A DNA stretch of 64,000 nucleotides from Nitriliruptoraceae bacterium (GTDB lineage: Bacteria; Actinomycetota; Nitriliruptoria; Nitriliruptorales; Nitriliruptoraceae): NCBI GenBank assembly GCA_007136095.1, contig SLHP01000006.1, positions 8,701 through 72,700 on the forward strand. The letters run 5' to 3'. A program made the position numbers and the translations under genes. Position 1 is the first letter of the stretch. Each line of letters opens with the position of its first letter. Shown here piece by piece: positions 52,286 to 62,606 of the stretch. Below the pieces are notes generated by a model that was not told the DNA's origin, made no database searches, and was given only the letters and a program-made list of their open reading frames with translations.

Positions 52286-55003
52286 TCACGCCTCGACGAT
52301 CCCCCGCCGCAGGCCGGCCATGGCAGCCCCGCCAGAGGTCGCCAGGTCAGCTCCACCGACGCTCCGGAGCTGTCCGACGAGATCGGCGACCTGCTTGATG
52401 TTGCGGACGAAGTCACCCCCGGTGAGCTCCAGATCACCCAGAGCGGTGTCCAGGTCGGAGCCCGATGCCCACCGCCAGGCCGCCGCCACGAATCCGGCAT
52501 CCAGGTCGCGCAGCGGGCGGACGCCGGCCGTGCGCTCCCGATCGCGGAGTTCCTCCGCGAGCTCGAAGATGGCGTGTGTGGCTTCGTAGATGCCGACGGT
52601 CGGGAGTTCGGGGCGGTAGGTGGGGTCGCCGCCTCGGGGTTCGTAGAGGAAGACCGACGCCACGCCCGCGAGTTCCTGTGCGGACAACTCGTCGAGCAGG
52701 CCACGTCGGACCGCTTCCGCGACCAGCAGATCGACCTCGCTGTAGATGCCGGCCAGCAGCAGCCCGTCGTCGGTCGGCGTTGCGTCACCCGTCACGTAGC
52801 CGAGGTCACGCAACACGCGCAGGATCCGATCCAACTGCCGCACGAGGGACCCCGTGGCGTGCCGGATGGTGCTGCGAAGTCCGTCCGCCTCGGCGATCAA
52901 CTCGTCCGCGCGCTCCTGCCAGACCACGTGGTCGTTGCGATCTGGACATCCGTGGCACGGGTGGGTGTGCAGCTGTTCCTCCAGCCGGAGGATCTCCGGG
53001 GAGGGCCCATTGTCCTCCGTCGGCTCGGTGGCCGGCTCCATGGCCTGGACCGCCGGCGGATCGACGCCACGCAGGGTGTTGCCGATGGCCCTGCGGTACT
53101 CCTTCTGCCTCGGGTTGCCGGACGTGGGCAGGCGGATGCGTTCGACCGGCTCGGGTGGATCGACCAGCTCCCGTGGCCCAACCCGGGTCAGCGCGTAGTC
53201 ATCGGTCACCACCTGGGCCAGTGGGGTGCCGCCCTTGCTGAGCTGGATGCCGACGACCGCGGCAAGCCCCCGTCTGCCGACCCATGGCAGGTGCAGGACA
53301 TCCCCGGGATCGAGCCGTGCGATGGCATCCCGCACCGCGGAATCGGAACGCCGCCGGCGCGACTCCGCCTCGTCGTGACGGAGCCGTTCGAGTTCCTGGT
53401 GCAGGGCCCAGTACGCGGCCCAGTCGCCGTGATCGCACTCCAGGCGGCTGGCGTACCCCCGGATCCCGTGCTCCAACTCCAGGAGTCGGTCGGCCTTGCG
53501 TGTGACCGATGAGTCCGCCTCGAACTGGGCGAAGGAGGCACCGAGCAGTGCCTCGGCCTCGCGCAGGTCGTGGTGGCGGAGCAGGTTGACCGCCATGTTG
53601 TACGACGGCGCGAAGGAACTGCGCAGCGGGTAGGTCCGGGTTCCGACCAACCCGGCCACGGTCGTGAAGTTCAGGTCCCGCTGATAGAGCACCACGGCGT
53701 GACCGACCGTGTCGATACCGCGGCGCCCGGCCCGGCCCGTGAGCTGTGTGTACTCACCGGGGGTGAGCAGCACGTGCGCTTCCCCGTTCCACTTCTCCAG
53801 CCGTTCGATGACGACCGTCTTGGCCGGCATGTTGATGCCGAGGGCCAGGGTCTCGGTCGCGACCACCACCTTCAACAGCCCTCGCTGGAAGAGGAGTTCG
53901 ACCACCTCCTTGAAGGCGGGGACCATCCCGGCGTGGTGTGCCGCGATGCCGTCCAGAAGTCCGGCCCGCCACGATGAGAAGTTCAGGACGCGCAGGTCCT
54001 CCGCCGGGATGTCGGCGAGCATCGTGTCCACGAGCGAGGCGATCTCCTCGCGCTCCTCGTGATCCGTGAGCCGCACGCCGGACCGAACGAGCTGTTCGAC
54101 CGCCTTCTCGCAGCCGTTGCGCGAGAACACGAAGAAGATCGCCGGCAACCAGTTCCGCGCCGCCAGTTCCGCGACGACCTGGGGGCGGGACGGCCACCGC
54201 AGCTTCACGTCCGGGGCCATCCGACGACCCTTGTTGCTGACCCGGTTGCGCTGCCGGGAGCGACGTTCCAGCATCACCACGTCGGGGTTGGGGATCCCCG
54301 CAAGCGCCTGCGATGCGCGCTCGCGGTACTCCTTGCTCGCACCCTTCTTCTTGCCCGCCCGGAAGGTGTCGTGGATCCGGTCGTTGACGAAGTAGTGGTG
54401 CTTGAGAGGCACGGGGCGTGCCTCCTCGATGATCACCTCGCAGTCGTCACGGACCTCGGCGAGCCAGCGGCCGAAGTCCTCGGCGTTGCTGACCGTCGCG
54501 GACAGCGCCGAGAGCTGCACGGAGGCCGCCAACTGGATGATGACCTCCTCCCAGACCGCGCCCCGCGAGCGATCCGCGAGGTAGTGCACCTCATCGAGGA
54601 TCACGTGGCGCAGCGAGCGCAACGCCGGCGAAGCCTCGTAGATCATGTTGCGCAGCACCTCGGTGGTCATCACGACCACCGGCGCGTCACCGTTGATGGA
54701 CCGGTCACCGGTCAGGAGCCCGACCCGCTCGTCGCCGTACCGCGCCGACAGGTCCCGGAACTTCTGGTTCGAGAGCGCCTTGATCGGCGTCGTGTAGAAG
54801 GCACGCCCTCCGTTGTGGATCGCGTCGTGGCAGGCGAACTCCCCCACGACCGTCTTGCCCGCGCCGGTCGGAGCGGCGACCAGGACCGATTGGCCGGCGA
54901 GCAGGCCCGCGATCGCCTGCTCCTGGAACGGGTCCAGGGCGAAGCCGACCTCGTCGAGGAAGCTCGCGATCAACGGAACCTCCCGGGTGAGCTGTCGTGT
55001 CAT
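52286..55003 (-). CDS. helY: Ski2-like DEAD/DEAH-box RNA helicase HelY
   Basis: Motif I APTGAGKT, motif II ILDEVHY, SAT, the later motif TETLALGINMPA, and the long DSHCT-like C-terminus are present. It sits next to tatC as in Mtb Rv2092c. Confidence 0.9.
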   Translation of the reverse strand: MTRQLTREVPLIASFLDEVGFALDPFQEQAIAGLLAGQSVLVAAPTGAGKTVVGEFACHDAIHNGGRAFYTTPIKALSNQKFRDLSARYGDERVGLLTGDRSINGDAPVVVMTTEVLRNMIYEASPALRSLRHVILDEVHYLADRSRGAVWEEVIIQLAASVQLSALSATVSNAEDFGRWLAEVRDDCEVIIEEARPVPLKHHYFVNDRIHDTFRAGKKKGASKEYRERASQALAGIPNPDVVMLERRSRQRNRVSNKGRRMAPDVKLRWPSRPQVVAELAARNWLPAIFFVFSRNGCEKAVEQLVRSGVRLTDHEEREEIASLVDTMLADIPAEDLRVLNFSSWRAGLLDGIAAHHAGMVPAFKEVVELLFQRGLLKVVVATETLALGINMPAKTVVIERLEKWNGEAHVLLTPGEYTQLTGRAGRRGIDTVGHAVVLYQRDLNFTTVAGLVGTRTYPLRSSFAPSYNMAVNLLRHHDLREAEALLGASFAQFEADSSVTRKADRLLELEHGIRGYASRLECDHGDWAAYWALHQELERLRHDEAESRRRRSDSAVRDAIARLDPGDVLHLPWVGRRGLAAVVGIQLSKGGTPLAQVVTDDYALTRVGPRELVDPPEPVERIRLPTSGNPRQKEYRRAIGNTLRGVDPPAVQAMEPATEPTEDNGPSPEILRLEEQLHTHPCHGCPDRNDHVVWQERADELIAEADGLRSTIRHATGSLVRQLDRILRVLRDLGYVTGDATPTDDGLLLAGIYSEVDLLVAEAVRRGLLDELSAQELAGVASVFLYEPRGGDPTYRPELPTVGIYEATHAIFELAEELRDRERTAGVRPLRDLDAGFVAAAWRWASGSDLDTALGDLELTGGDFVRNIKQVADLVGQLRSVGGADLATSGGAAMAGLRRGIVEA

Positions 55004-55665
55004 CCGCGGCGTCCTTCCTGGAAGCTCGTGAGTCCCGGCAGCGGCGAGACGTCGGCCCGCTGCCCATCCAGATCCAGGACCGACGCCCGGGCCGATGCGG
55101 TGAGCTGCTCGCTGCGCTGGCGGAGCCGACCAGCCTCCGTGAGGAGGTCGAGGCGGTCATCGGGATCGTCGATCTCCGCGGCGTGACGCAGCACCTCGAC
55201 CGCGTCACGCGACAGGGTGACAGCCGTGATGTACTGGCGCTGCACCGGCCGGGCGGTCGCCGGCATGTCGAGCCCGGCCAGTTGCAGCAGGACACCATCG
55301 TACGAAGCCAGCCACGCCTCACCCCAGGTCTGTACCGGTACGGGGTCGCCCTCCTGTCGCAGGGCGACCAACCCCTCGGCGACGGGATCGCGCTCTCCGG
55401 AGGCGGAGTTCCAGATCCCGTCAGCGTCAAGCGCCAGGGGCAGGATCGCGGTCTGGATGGCCTGCGCGGCCCCGGCATCGGCGCCGGGCGAGCTCAGGCG
55501 GCCGACGACCACGCCGATCAGCAGCGCGATCAGACACGCCACCACCAGGGGCCCGAGGCGAAGGCGCGCGGACAGCCGGCGCCAGCGCAGCAGCAGCGGC
55601 GACCACGTCGAGGTCGAACGCCGGCCGGAAGGCGCGCCCGGCACGTCGGTCGGGGCATCACTCAC
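55000..55665 (-). CDS. Hypothetical membrane-anchored protein (221 aa) between tatC and helY
   Basis: A single TM helix (LVVACLIALLIGVVVG) precedes a soluble domain. The GTG start overlaps the tatC stop (GTGA), and the stop overlaps the helY start (ATGA). Confidence 0.55.
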   Translation of the reverse strand: MSDAPTDVPGAPSGRRSTSTWSPLLLRWRRLSARLRLGPLVVACLIALLIGVVVGRLSSPGADAGAAQAIQTAILPLALDADGIWNSASGERDPVAEGLVALRQEGDPVPVQTWGEAWLASYDGVLLQLAGLDMPATARPVQRQYITAVTLSRDAVEVLRHAAEIDDPDDRLDLLTEAGRLRQRSEQLTASARASVLDLDGQRADVSPLPGLTSFQEGRRG

Positions 55666-56396
55666 GCGGCGCGCTTCCGCCGGGAGCGTTCGATGAGCCA
55701 GGCGGCCAAGATCGAGACCTCGTAGAAGATGATCATCGGGCCGGCCATGAAGAACAGGGTGATGGCGTCGTTGGTCGGCGTGATGAACGCCGCAGCGACC
55801 ACACTGCCGAGGATCGCGTACGGACGGGCCTTGCGGAGTGCCGCGGCCTTGAGGATGCCCACCATGGACAGGAAGATCAGGATCAGCGGCATCTCGAAGA
55901 CGATCCCGAACGCGATCGACATCGTCAGGAAGAACGACAGGTACTCCGACGCTGACAGCAGCGGTTCGATGCTCGGCCCTCCGAGGCCCAGCAGGGTGCG
56001 CAGACCGAAGGGGATCACCAGGTAGGCGAAGAAGATGCCTGCCGCGAACATGAGCTGGCTGATGGTCACGAAGGGCAGGGCGTAGCGACGCTCCTTGGTG
56101 GTCAGCCCGGGCGTGATGAAGCGCCACAGCTGGTAGAAGATCACCGGCCCGCCGATGAACAGACCGACGACCACCGAGGTCTTGAGCCGGACCGAGAACG
56201 GCTCCAACGGCGTCAGGGCGACCAGGGTGCAGGTGCCGTCGGGCCGGATGCGATCAGCGACATCGCAGTAGGGCTCCATGATCAAATCGATCAGCATCGG
56301 GAACAGCATGTAGCCGATCACGGTGCCGATCGACAGCGCGATCACGGCCTTGAACAACCGGTTGCGCAGTTCAGCCAGGTGCTGGAAGAGGGTCAT
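55662..56396 (-). CDS. tatC: Twin-arginine translocase subunit TatC
   Basis: The protein has six TM segments and TatC motifs (HLAELRNRL, PLEPF, FAYLV.P). Confidence 0.92.
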   Translation of the reverse strand: MTLFQHLAELRNRLFKAVIALSIGTVIGYMLFPMLIDLIMEPYCDVADRIRPDGTCTLVALTPLEPFSVRLKTSVVVGLFIGGPVIFYQLWRFITPGLTTKERRYALPFVTISQLMFAAGIFFAYLVIPFGLRTLLGLGGPSIEPLLSASEYLSFFLTMSIAFGIVFEMPLILIFLSMVGILKAAALRKARPYAILGSVVAAAFITPTNDAITLFFMAGPMIIFYEVSILAAWLIERSRRKRAA

Positions 56397-56444
56397 CTCC
56401 CCCGGGAGGCCCGATCCCGGGGCGGCTTCGTCCGTGGCGATGGA

Positions 56445-56636
56445 TCAGTGTCCCTGATCGGATTCCGAGGGTGAGTCGGAATCCTCGTCCGCCATCGCTT
56501 CCTTAGTGGCGGAGCGGAACTCCTTGATCGACGAGCCCATCGACTTGGCCAGGTCCGGCAGTCGTTTGGCACCGAAGAGCAGGAGCACGATCAGCAGGAT
56601 GATGATCAGTTGCTGCCCTGTGGGGTTCATGGCCAT
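56445..56636 (-). CDS. tatA: Twin-arginine translocase subunit TatA
   Basis: LIIILLIVLLLFGAKRLPDLAKSMG is followed by an amphipathic, acidic tail. The second ATG (56630) has better SD spacing. Confidence 0.9.
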   Translation of the reverse strand: MAMNPTGQQLIIILLIVLLLFGAKRLPDLAKSMGSSIKEFRSATKEAMADEDSDSPSESDQGH

Positions 56637-56774
56637 CCTCGCTGGTGGTTGCGGCGGACCTGCCGGTCCCTGGTCGCAGGCCCTGTGTCCGCCTACCCCG
56701 TGAGCGTATCGCTCATCACGCCCGCACGGGCGTTCGCTCCATCGAGGGCAGGCTGGGGAGGGTTGGCAGCGACG

Positions 56775-57044
56775 TCACCCGGATCCCGGGGACCGTCGCT
56801 CCCGGCGGACCTGTTGCTCCTCCTGGAGGCGCTCGAGCGACGTCCCGACCTGATCGAGTTCTCGCGAGGTGATGTCCGCATCCCGTTGGATGCGTTCGAG
56901 ATCGGGCAGGACCCGGTCGCGCAGGTCGGTGACATCGGCGGCGACCGCGGTCACGCTCCGCACGACGCTCCAGATCAGTACCACGAAGGCGACGAAGGTC
57001 AGCAACGCGGTCACGATCAGGATGACGATGATGGGCGTGGACAC
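56775..57044 (-). CDS. Small membrane-anchored coiled-coil protein (DUF948-like, tentative)
   Basis: An N-terminal TM helix (PIIVILIVTALLTFVAFVVLIW) is followed by a helical region. GAGG lies 5 nt upstream of the GTG start. Confidence 0.5.
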   Translation of the reverse strand: MSTPIIVILIVTALLTFVAFVVLIWSVVRSVTAVAADVTDLRDRVLPDLERIQRDADITSRELDQVGTSLERLQEEQQVRRERRSPGSG

Positions 57045-57120
57045 ACAACCTCGGCGGTCGGATGGCACCGAGTCTAGTCGTCGTCGCGGGAGCCTCCCGG
57101 TGACCGCAGGATCCCAGGCG

Positions 57121-57477
57121 TCAGCGTCGCGGGCCGGTCAGGATCCCGAACCAGTCGTCGCTCTCGAGCAGCAGGTGGAGGTCCAAGAGGTCGTCAGCTG
57201 TGAGCGGCGCCCCGGCGGGCGGTGCCTCGGGGTGGGGCGGACGAGCGTCGACCGACGGTTCGGCGACCTGCAGGGCGACACCCCCCGTGATCAACAACTG
57301 CACGATGCGGTCGTCGGCCGGCTTGGTCACCGTGCCGGCACAGTCGGGGCAGACGAACCGGTACTGGCTGCCATCACCGACCAGCTCCGTATCGTCGTGG
57401 GCGACCTGGATCAGGATCTCGTCCGGGGTCAGCTCAACGTCCCCGCAGTCGGGACAGTTCGCGCGGATCCGGGTCAT
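57121..57477 (-). CDS. Small zinc-ribbon protein (CPDC...CPDC), hypothetical
   Basis: MTRIRANCPDCGDVELTPDE...YRFVCPDCAG. It lies between pafC and tatA. No family recognised. Confidence 0.5.
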   Translation of the reverse strand: MTRIRANCPDCGDVELTPDEILIQVAHDDTELVGDGSQYRFVCPDCAGTVTKPADDRIVQLLITGGVALQVAEPSVDARPPHPEAPPAGAPLTADDLLDLHLLLESDDWFGILTGPRR

Positions 57478-57566
57478 GACGCTCACCTCCACAGGTGACG
57501 GTCGGGGGTCTCCCCTTCCCATCGACCGGCGGAGGCGTCACCTATAGCGTCCGGTGGCCGCCGTCC

Positions 57567-58475
57567 TCAGACGTCGGTGGCCAGACGCAGGACCTCATCG
57601 CGCAGGGCATCGGGACCGACGACGCGGGCGGCACCACCCGCCATGAGCACCAGCCGCGCGATCCACCGTGGGGCGTCGGTCCGCAGGGTCAGGACGGCCC
57701 CACCGTCGTTCCGGTCCTCACGGGCGTCGACGACCACCGCCCCTTCCAGCCATCGGCCCTCCGGATCCACCTCGATGACCACCTCCAGATCGTCCGGCGC
57801 GGGGGCGTAGCGGGGCGCCGGCAGGTGGTCGGGCGCCGAAACGGCGATGGGCTGAGCCAGCGTCTCGATGCCGGAGGTGCGGTCGAGGCGGAAGGTGCGG
57901 CGTTCGCCGACGCCGTGGTCGTGCCCCTGGAGGTACCACACCCCATCCTGGATGTGCAGGGACCACGGATCGACCTCACGAGGGGCCGGTTCGGTGTCGG
58001 ACCTTCCCTGATAGGTCAGTCGCAGCCGAACGCCGTCGCGAAGGGCCGCCCGGACGACGTCGAGACCCGGGACCTCGTCCGCGTCCAGGACGTCAGCGAC
58101 GTCCTCCGGGATGCCGAGCGCAGCGCGGACCTTGTCGATCCCGGTTCGCAGGGCCGGCAGTTCCTCGCCGAGCGCGCCCATCACCGCGTCCACGGTCAGC
58201 ACGAGCCGTAGGCCCTCGCTGGCGGTTGGCCGGAGCGGGCGGCGCAACTCGTCGGCCATGGACACAACGACCCGGTCGCCGACGAGTGAGACATCGAACA
58301 GCGCGCCACCACCCAGGCCGGGCAACCCACAGAAATCGAGGTGACCGAGGTCACGACGGATGACGCTCGAGGGAACCCCGAACGCATCGGCAGCCTCGTC
58401 GAGGCTGGCCCCGGGCCGTTCGAGGAACCACGGCACGAGCGTCAGCATGCGCGCGACATCCGTCGTCGCACTCAT
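57567..58475 (-). CDS. pafC: Proteasome accessory factor PafC (HTH-WYL regulator)
   Basis: The HTH-WYL architecture, its position directly after pafB with an ATGA overlap, and the WYL-like core (DPWSLHIQDGVWYLQGHD) support the call. Confidence 0.8.
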   Translation of the reverse strand: MSATTDVARMLTLVPWFLERPGASLDEAADAFGVPSSVIRRDLGHLDFCGLPGLGGGALFDVSLVGDRVVVSMADELRRPLRPTASEGLRLVLTVDAVMGALGEELPALRTGIDKVRAALGIPEDVADVLDADEVPGLDVVRAALRDGVRLRLTYQGRSDTEPAPREVDPWSLHIQDGVWYLQGHDHGVGERRTFRLDRTSGIETLAQPIAVSAPDHLPAPRYAPAPDDLEVVIEVDPEGRWLEGAVVVDAREDRNDGGAVLTLRTDAPRWIARLVLMAGGAARVVGPDALRDEVLRLATDV

Positions 58476-59431
58476 CGATCGACCTCCTGGTCGACCGGAT
58501 CCCGATGCGCAGCGATGACGGCCTGCAGGCCATCGGCCACCGACCGGGCGACCGCATCCGGAGCAACAACCTTCGCGCCGGGCCACAGGCCCAGCAACCA
58601 GGGCAGATCACGTGTGGGGTCGAGGCCCGGGACGCGCAGGACGGGTCGCCCGTCGACGGATGCACCCGTCTGGACACCGCCACGGGACTCCACCGCCCAC
58701 CGGGCGGTTCCGTCCACCGCCAGGTCGACATCGATGGTCGCCAACTCGGGGCCCGACACCGCCGAGGCCAGGTCCAGGTCCTTCAGGGACTCGAAGGCCT
58801 TCGCCGGACCAACCGTCGTGGGACGTCCCTGCATCCGATCCAGCCGGAAGGCACGCTGCGCGTCACGGTCATGGTCCCGCGCAACCAGGTACCAGGATCC
58901 ACGTCGCTGCGCGATGGCGTACGGGTCGACGGTCCGCCGCGAAACGGCACCGTCCGCCGCGCGGTAGGAGAACGCCAGCGCCGTCCGGGTGACGACCGCG
59001 TCGGCCACGGCGTCAACCGGGTCGGCGGCGATCTCCACGCGCACCGCTGGCTGCTCCTCGACGGGTATCGGGTCGGGAGCCCGCGCCACCAACTTGGTCA
59101 ACGCCAGCCGATCGCCCTCGCCACCGGTGAGGTGGACGGCCAGGGCCAGGGCCGCGACCTCCTCGGCGGTCAGGTCGACATCGGGCAGCTCGTAGGCCCG
59201 TCGCTCGACCCGGTAGCCCAGGTCCTCACCGAACGCGACGTCCACCACCTCGACCGGCACCCCGAGCCGCCGGAGGTCGTCCTTGTCCCGCTCGAACATC
59301 CGGCGGGCCGACTCCACGTCGGACTGCTCGTAGAACCCCGTCCGTTGCTTGAGTTCCGCGAAGGTCATCGGCCGTCTCGCCTCGAGCAATGCGACGGTCA
59401 GGTTGACCAGTCGTTCGGTCTTCTGCGTCAC
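58472..59431 (-). CDS. pafB: Proteasome accessory factor PafB (HTH-WYL regulator)
   Basis: RLVNLTVALLEARRPMTFAELKQ forms the HTH, and the WYL core reads DPYAIAQRRGSWYLVARD. The GTG start was chosen inside a 578-aa ORF. Confidence 0.8.
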   Translation of the reverse strand: MTQKTERLVNLTVALLEARRPMTFAELKQRTGFYEQSDVESARRMFERDKDDLRRLGVPVEVVDVAFGEDLGYRVERRAYELPDVDLTAEEVAALALAVHLTGGEGDRLALTKLVARAPDPIPVEEQPAVRVEIAADPVDAVADAVVTRTALAFSYRAADGAVSRRTVDPYAIAQRRGSWYLVARDHDRDAQRAFRLDRMQGRPTTVGPAKAFESLKDLDLASAVSGPELATIDVDLAVDGTARWAVESRGGVQTGASVDGRPVLRVPGLDPTRDLPWLLGLWPGAKVVAPDAVARSVADGLQAVIAAHRDPVDQEVDR

Positions 59432-59508
59432 CGTCGGCTCCCTGTCGCGAACCGCAGGGTAGACGCCACACCGGCGGTGACCGGGAGACCTCGAACCGAT
59501 GTGCCCGC

Positions 59509-60867
59509 CTACATCGACTCGATCAGCCGGTCGACCCGCTCGTCCTCGTGACGGAAGGGATCCTTGCAGAGCACGGTGCGCTGGGCCTGGTCGTTGAGCT
59601 TGAGGTGGACCCAGTCGACCGTGTAGTCGCGCCGCTTGCGCTTGGCCGCCGTGATGAAGCGGCCTCGCAGGGCCGCCCGCGTCGTCGGCGGTGGCTCGGT
59701 CATCGCCGCGATGATCTCGTCCTCGTCCAGCAACTGTTGGACCCGTCCCTGTCGGACCAGCAGGTGGTACAGACCCCGATCGCGGACCACGTCGTGGTAG
59801 GCCAGATCCAGCATCTGGACGCGGGGATGACCCAGCGGCAGACCGTGCTTGGCCCGGTAGCCCTCGATCAGGCGGTACTTGGCGACCCAGTCCAACTGCC
59901 GGCCGAGCGACATCGGGTCGGTGACGAGCCGCTCCAGCACGAACCGCCACTCCTCGACGACACGCTTGGCCTCCTCGTCGGCGTCCGGGGTGGATTCGAG
60001 GTAGCGCTCGACACGTTCGAGGTAGGCCTGTTGGATCTCCAACGCGCTCATCTCGCGACCGCTGGCCAGGCGGATCCGGCGCGTGCCGGTCATGTCGTGC
60101 GAGATCTCGCGGATCGCCCGGATCGGGTTGTCCAGCGACAGGTCGCGCATGACGGCCTGTTCCTCGAGCATGCGGAGCACGAGGTCGCAGGTGGCCACCT
60201 TCAGCCACGAGGTGTACTCGGACATGTTCGAATCGCCGACGATCACGTGCAGGCGGCGGAAGCGTTCCGCATCGGCGTGCGGTTCGTCACGGGTGTTGAT
60301 GATGGGCCGCGATCGCGTCGTCGCCGACGAGACCCCCTCCCAGATGTGCTCGGCCCGCTGGGACAACGAGTAGCTCGGTCCCCGCGGTGTCTGCAGCACC
60401 TTGCCGGCACCCGCGAAGACCTGCCGGGTGACCAGGAACGGGATCAGTGCCTCGGCCAGGCGTTGGAACTCACCGACACGTCCCACGAGGTAGTTCTCGT
60501 GACAGCCGTAGCTGTTGCCGGCGGAGTCCGTGTTGTTCTTGAACAACGAGATGCGCCCGGCGATCCCCTCCTCCGCCAGCCGTTGCTCGGCGGACAGCAC
60601 GAGATCCTCGACGATCCGTTCGCCCGCCTTGTCATGGACGATCGCCTGCCGGGGCGAGTCACACTCCGGGGTCGCGTACTCGGGGTGCGAGCCGACGTCG
60701 AGGTACAGCCGAGCGCCGTTCTCGAGGAAGACGTTCGACGAGCGCCCCCAGGACACCACACGGCGGAACAGGTACCGGGCGACCTCGTCGGGGCTCAGTC
60801 GTCGCTGACCCTCGAACGTGCAGGTGACGCCGTACTCGTTCTCGATGCCGAAGATCCGCCGTCGCAC
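59509..60867 (-). CDS. pafA: Pup--protein ligase PafA
   Basis: [17 protein letters not shown] and the overall Dop/PafA fold are present. The GTG start follows GAGG and gives 452 aa, the same length I recall for Mtb PafA. Confidence 0.9.
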   Translation of the reverse strand: MRRRIFGIENEYGVTCTFEGQRRLSPDEVARYLFRRVVSWGRSSNVFLENGARLYLDVGSHPEYATPECDSPRQAIVHDKAGERIVEDLVLSAEQRLAEEGIAGRISLFKNNTDSAGNSYGCHENYLVGRVGEFQRLAEALIPFLVTRQVFAGAGKVLQTPRGPSYSLSQRAEHIWEGVSSATTRSRPIINTRDEPHADAERFRRLHVIVGDSNMSEYTSWLKVATCDLVLRMLEEQAVMRDLSLDNPIRAIREISHDMTGTRRIRLASGREMSALEIQQAYLERVERYLESTPDADEEAKRVVEEWRFVLERLVTDPMSLGRQLDWVAKYRLIEGYRAKHGLPLGHPRVQMLDLAYHDVVRDRGLYHLLVRQGRVQQLLDEDEIIAAMTEPPPTTRAALRGRFITAAKRKRRDYTVDWVHLKLNDQAQRTVLCKDPFRHEDERVDRLIESM

Positions 60868-60948
60868 ACGCGCCTCATCTCTGTGGATCCCGTCGTGGGG
60901 AACACGGGCAGGGTGCCGTGTCCGCACCGCATCCGCAGCAACCGGGGT

Positions 60949-61650
60949 TCAACCGTCTGCGTTGATCGCATCCGTCAGCGCCTGATCACGGAGCCGGAAG
61001 AACCGCCGCCGGGCCCGCGTGGCATCGAGCCCGGACACCTCGAGGTCACCCGGATCCATGCTGCGGCCCGAGACCTCACCCAATGCGGCCACGCAGACGT
61101 TGATGGCCGCGTCACGGTCCAGGTCCGGCTCCCAGCGGGACTCGAGCGCCGCCGTGAGCGGCTCGGTGTCGCCGCCGATCACGACGAACCGGTGCTCGTC
61201 GACGATCGAGCCGTCGTAGAGGATGTGGTAGAGCTCGTGGCCGTTGCGCCCGTCGGCGTCGTCATCCACCTCGGCGATCAACAGCTCGACCTCGTAGGGC
61301 TTGGCCTCGCCACCCATGAAGATCGACCCGAGCGCCTGCGAGTACGCGTTGGCCAGTGCCTTGGCCGTGACGTCCTCCCGGGCGTACTGGTAGCCCTTGA
61401 CGTCGGCCAGGCGGATACCGGCGACCCGCATCGATTCGAACTCGTTGTACCGGCCGACGGCTGCGAACCCGATGCGGTCGTAGATCTCCGAGGTCTTGTG
61501 CAGGGAGCGCGACGGGTTCTCGCTCACGAACACCACGCCGGCGGTGTACTCGAGAGCGATGAGCGCCCGCCCCCGGGCGATGCCTTTCCGGGCGTACTCG
61601 GCCCGGTCCTTCATCATCTGTTCGGGTGCGACGTAGAACGGTGTGGCCAC
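60949..61650 (-). CDS. prcA: Proteasome subunit alpha
   Basis: FYVAPEQMMKDRAEYARKGIARGR...EIYDRIGFAAVG.YNEFE is typical PrcA. Confidence 0.92.
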   Translation of the reverse strand: MATPFYVAPEQMMKDRAEYARKGIARGRALIALEYTAGVVFVSENPSRSLHKTSEIYDRIGFAAVGRYNEFESMRVAGIRLADVKGYQYAREDVTAKALANAYSQALGSIFMGGEAKPYEVELLIAEVDDDADGRNGHELYHILYDGSIVDEHRFVVIGGDTEPLTAALESRWEPDLDRDAAINVCVAALGEVSGRSMDPGDLEVSGLDATRARRRFFRLRDQALTDAINADG

Positions 61651-61692
61651 GGGTGCCTCGCTGGGTCGAAACGGGAACGGTGGGCGTGTGGG

Positions 61693-62514
61693 TCAGCTGC
61701 GGTGAGTCTCGACGACCGCTTCGACGTGTGCGGCGACCTCGTCATCCGTGAGCTCGCGGTAGCCGTCCTGGTCGATCACGGCCACGATCGGGTAGATGCG
61801 ACGGATGAGGTCGGGCCCGCCCGTGGCACTGTCCTCCTCAGCGGCGTCGAAGAGCGCCTCGATCGCGGTCCGCGCCGCGACGTCGAGGTCGGCCTCAGGA
61901 TCCGCCAACCGCTTGAGCGTCGCACGTGCCGCCATCGAGCCGGACCCGGTCGCCGCGCTGTTGGTCGCCCGGTACCGGCCACCGACCGGGTCGTACTCGA
62001 AGATCCGGCGGTCACCGGTCCGTCGATCGACACCCGCGAACAGGGGAACCACGACCAGCCCCTGCATCGCCATCGGGAGGTGCGCGCGCACCATCCCGGC
62101 GAGTTTGTTGGAGCGGCCATCCAGCGACAGCGGCTCACCCTCGACCTTCTCGTAGTGCTCCAGCTCGGTCGCGAAGATCCGGGCCAGCTCCATCGCGGGC
62201 CCGGCGGCGCCGGAGATGCCGATCGCCGAGGAGTCATCCGCCGGGAAGACCTTGCGCATGTCGCCACGCGAGATGTGGTGGCCCGCCGTCGCTCGGCGGT
62301 CACCGGCCATCACCACCCCGTCCCGGGCGACGACCGCGAGCACCGTGGTGCCCTCGATGAGCTGATCGCGGAGTTCCGCAGGCATCGGGCTGCCTCCGAG
62401 CAGTGGCGGTAGGGCCTGTGGGGCCTGCCGCTGGAGAGCGGCAACGAACGAGCTCCCGCCCGCGTCGAACGCCTGCGGCAGATCGCTGATGTGTTCGTTC
62501 GGGGCGAAGGTCAC
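61693..62514 (-). CDS. prcB: Proteasome subunit beta (with propeptide)
   Basis: The propeptide is followed by G/TTVLAVV..DGVVMAGDRRAT (active-site Thr). The GTG start follows AGGAG, parallel to the Mtb VTWPLP start. Confidence 0.9.
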   Translation of the reverse strand: MTFAPNEHISDLPQAFDAGGSSFVAALQRQAPQALPPLLGGSPMPAELRDQLIEGTTVLAVVARDGVVMAGDRRATAGHHISRGDMRKVFPADDSSAIGISGAAGPAMELARIFATELEHYEKVEGEPLSLDGRSNKLAGMVRAHLPMAMQGLVVVPLFAGVDRRTGDRRIFEYDPVGGRYRATNSAATGSGSMAARATLKRLADPEADLDVAARTAIEALFDAAEEDSATGGPDLIRRIYPIVAVIDQDGYRELTDDEVAAHVEAVVETHRS

Positions 62515-62606
62515 AAGGTTCTCCTGAGGACCGCGCGAGCCTGGGACCTCGTGCACCGTGACGGTCAGGGTCGGCCGCGCGTCGGCGTCGGACGGGATGT
62601 GGCGGG

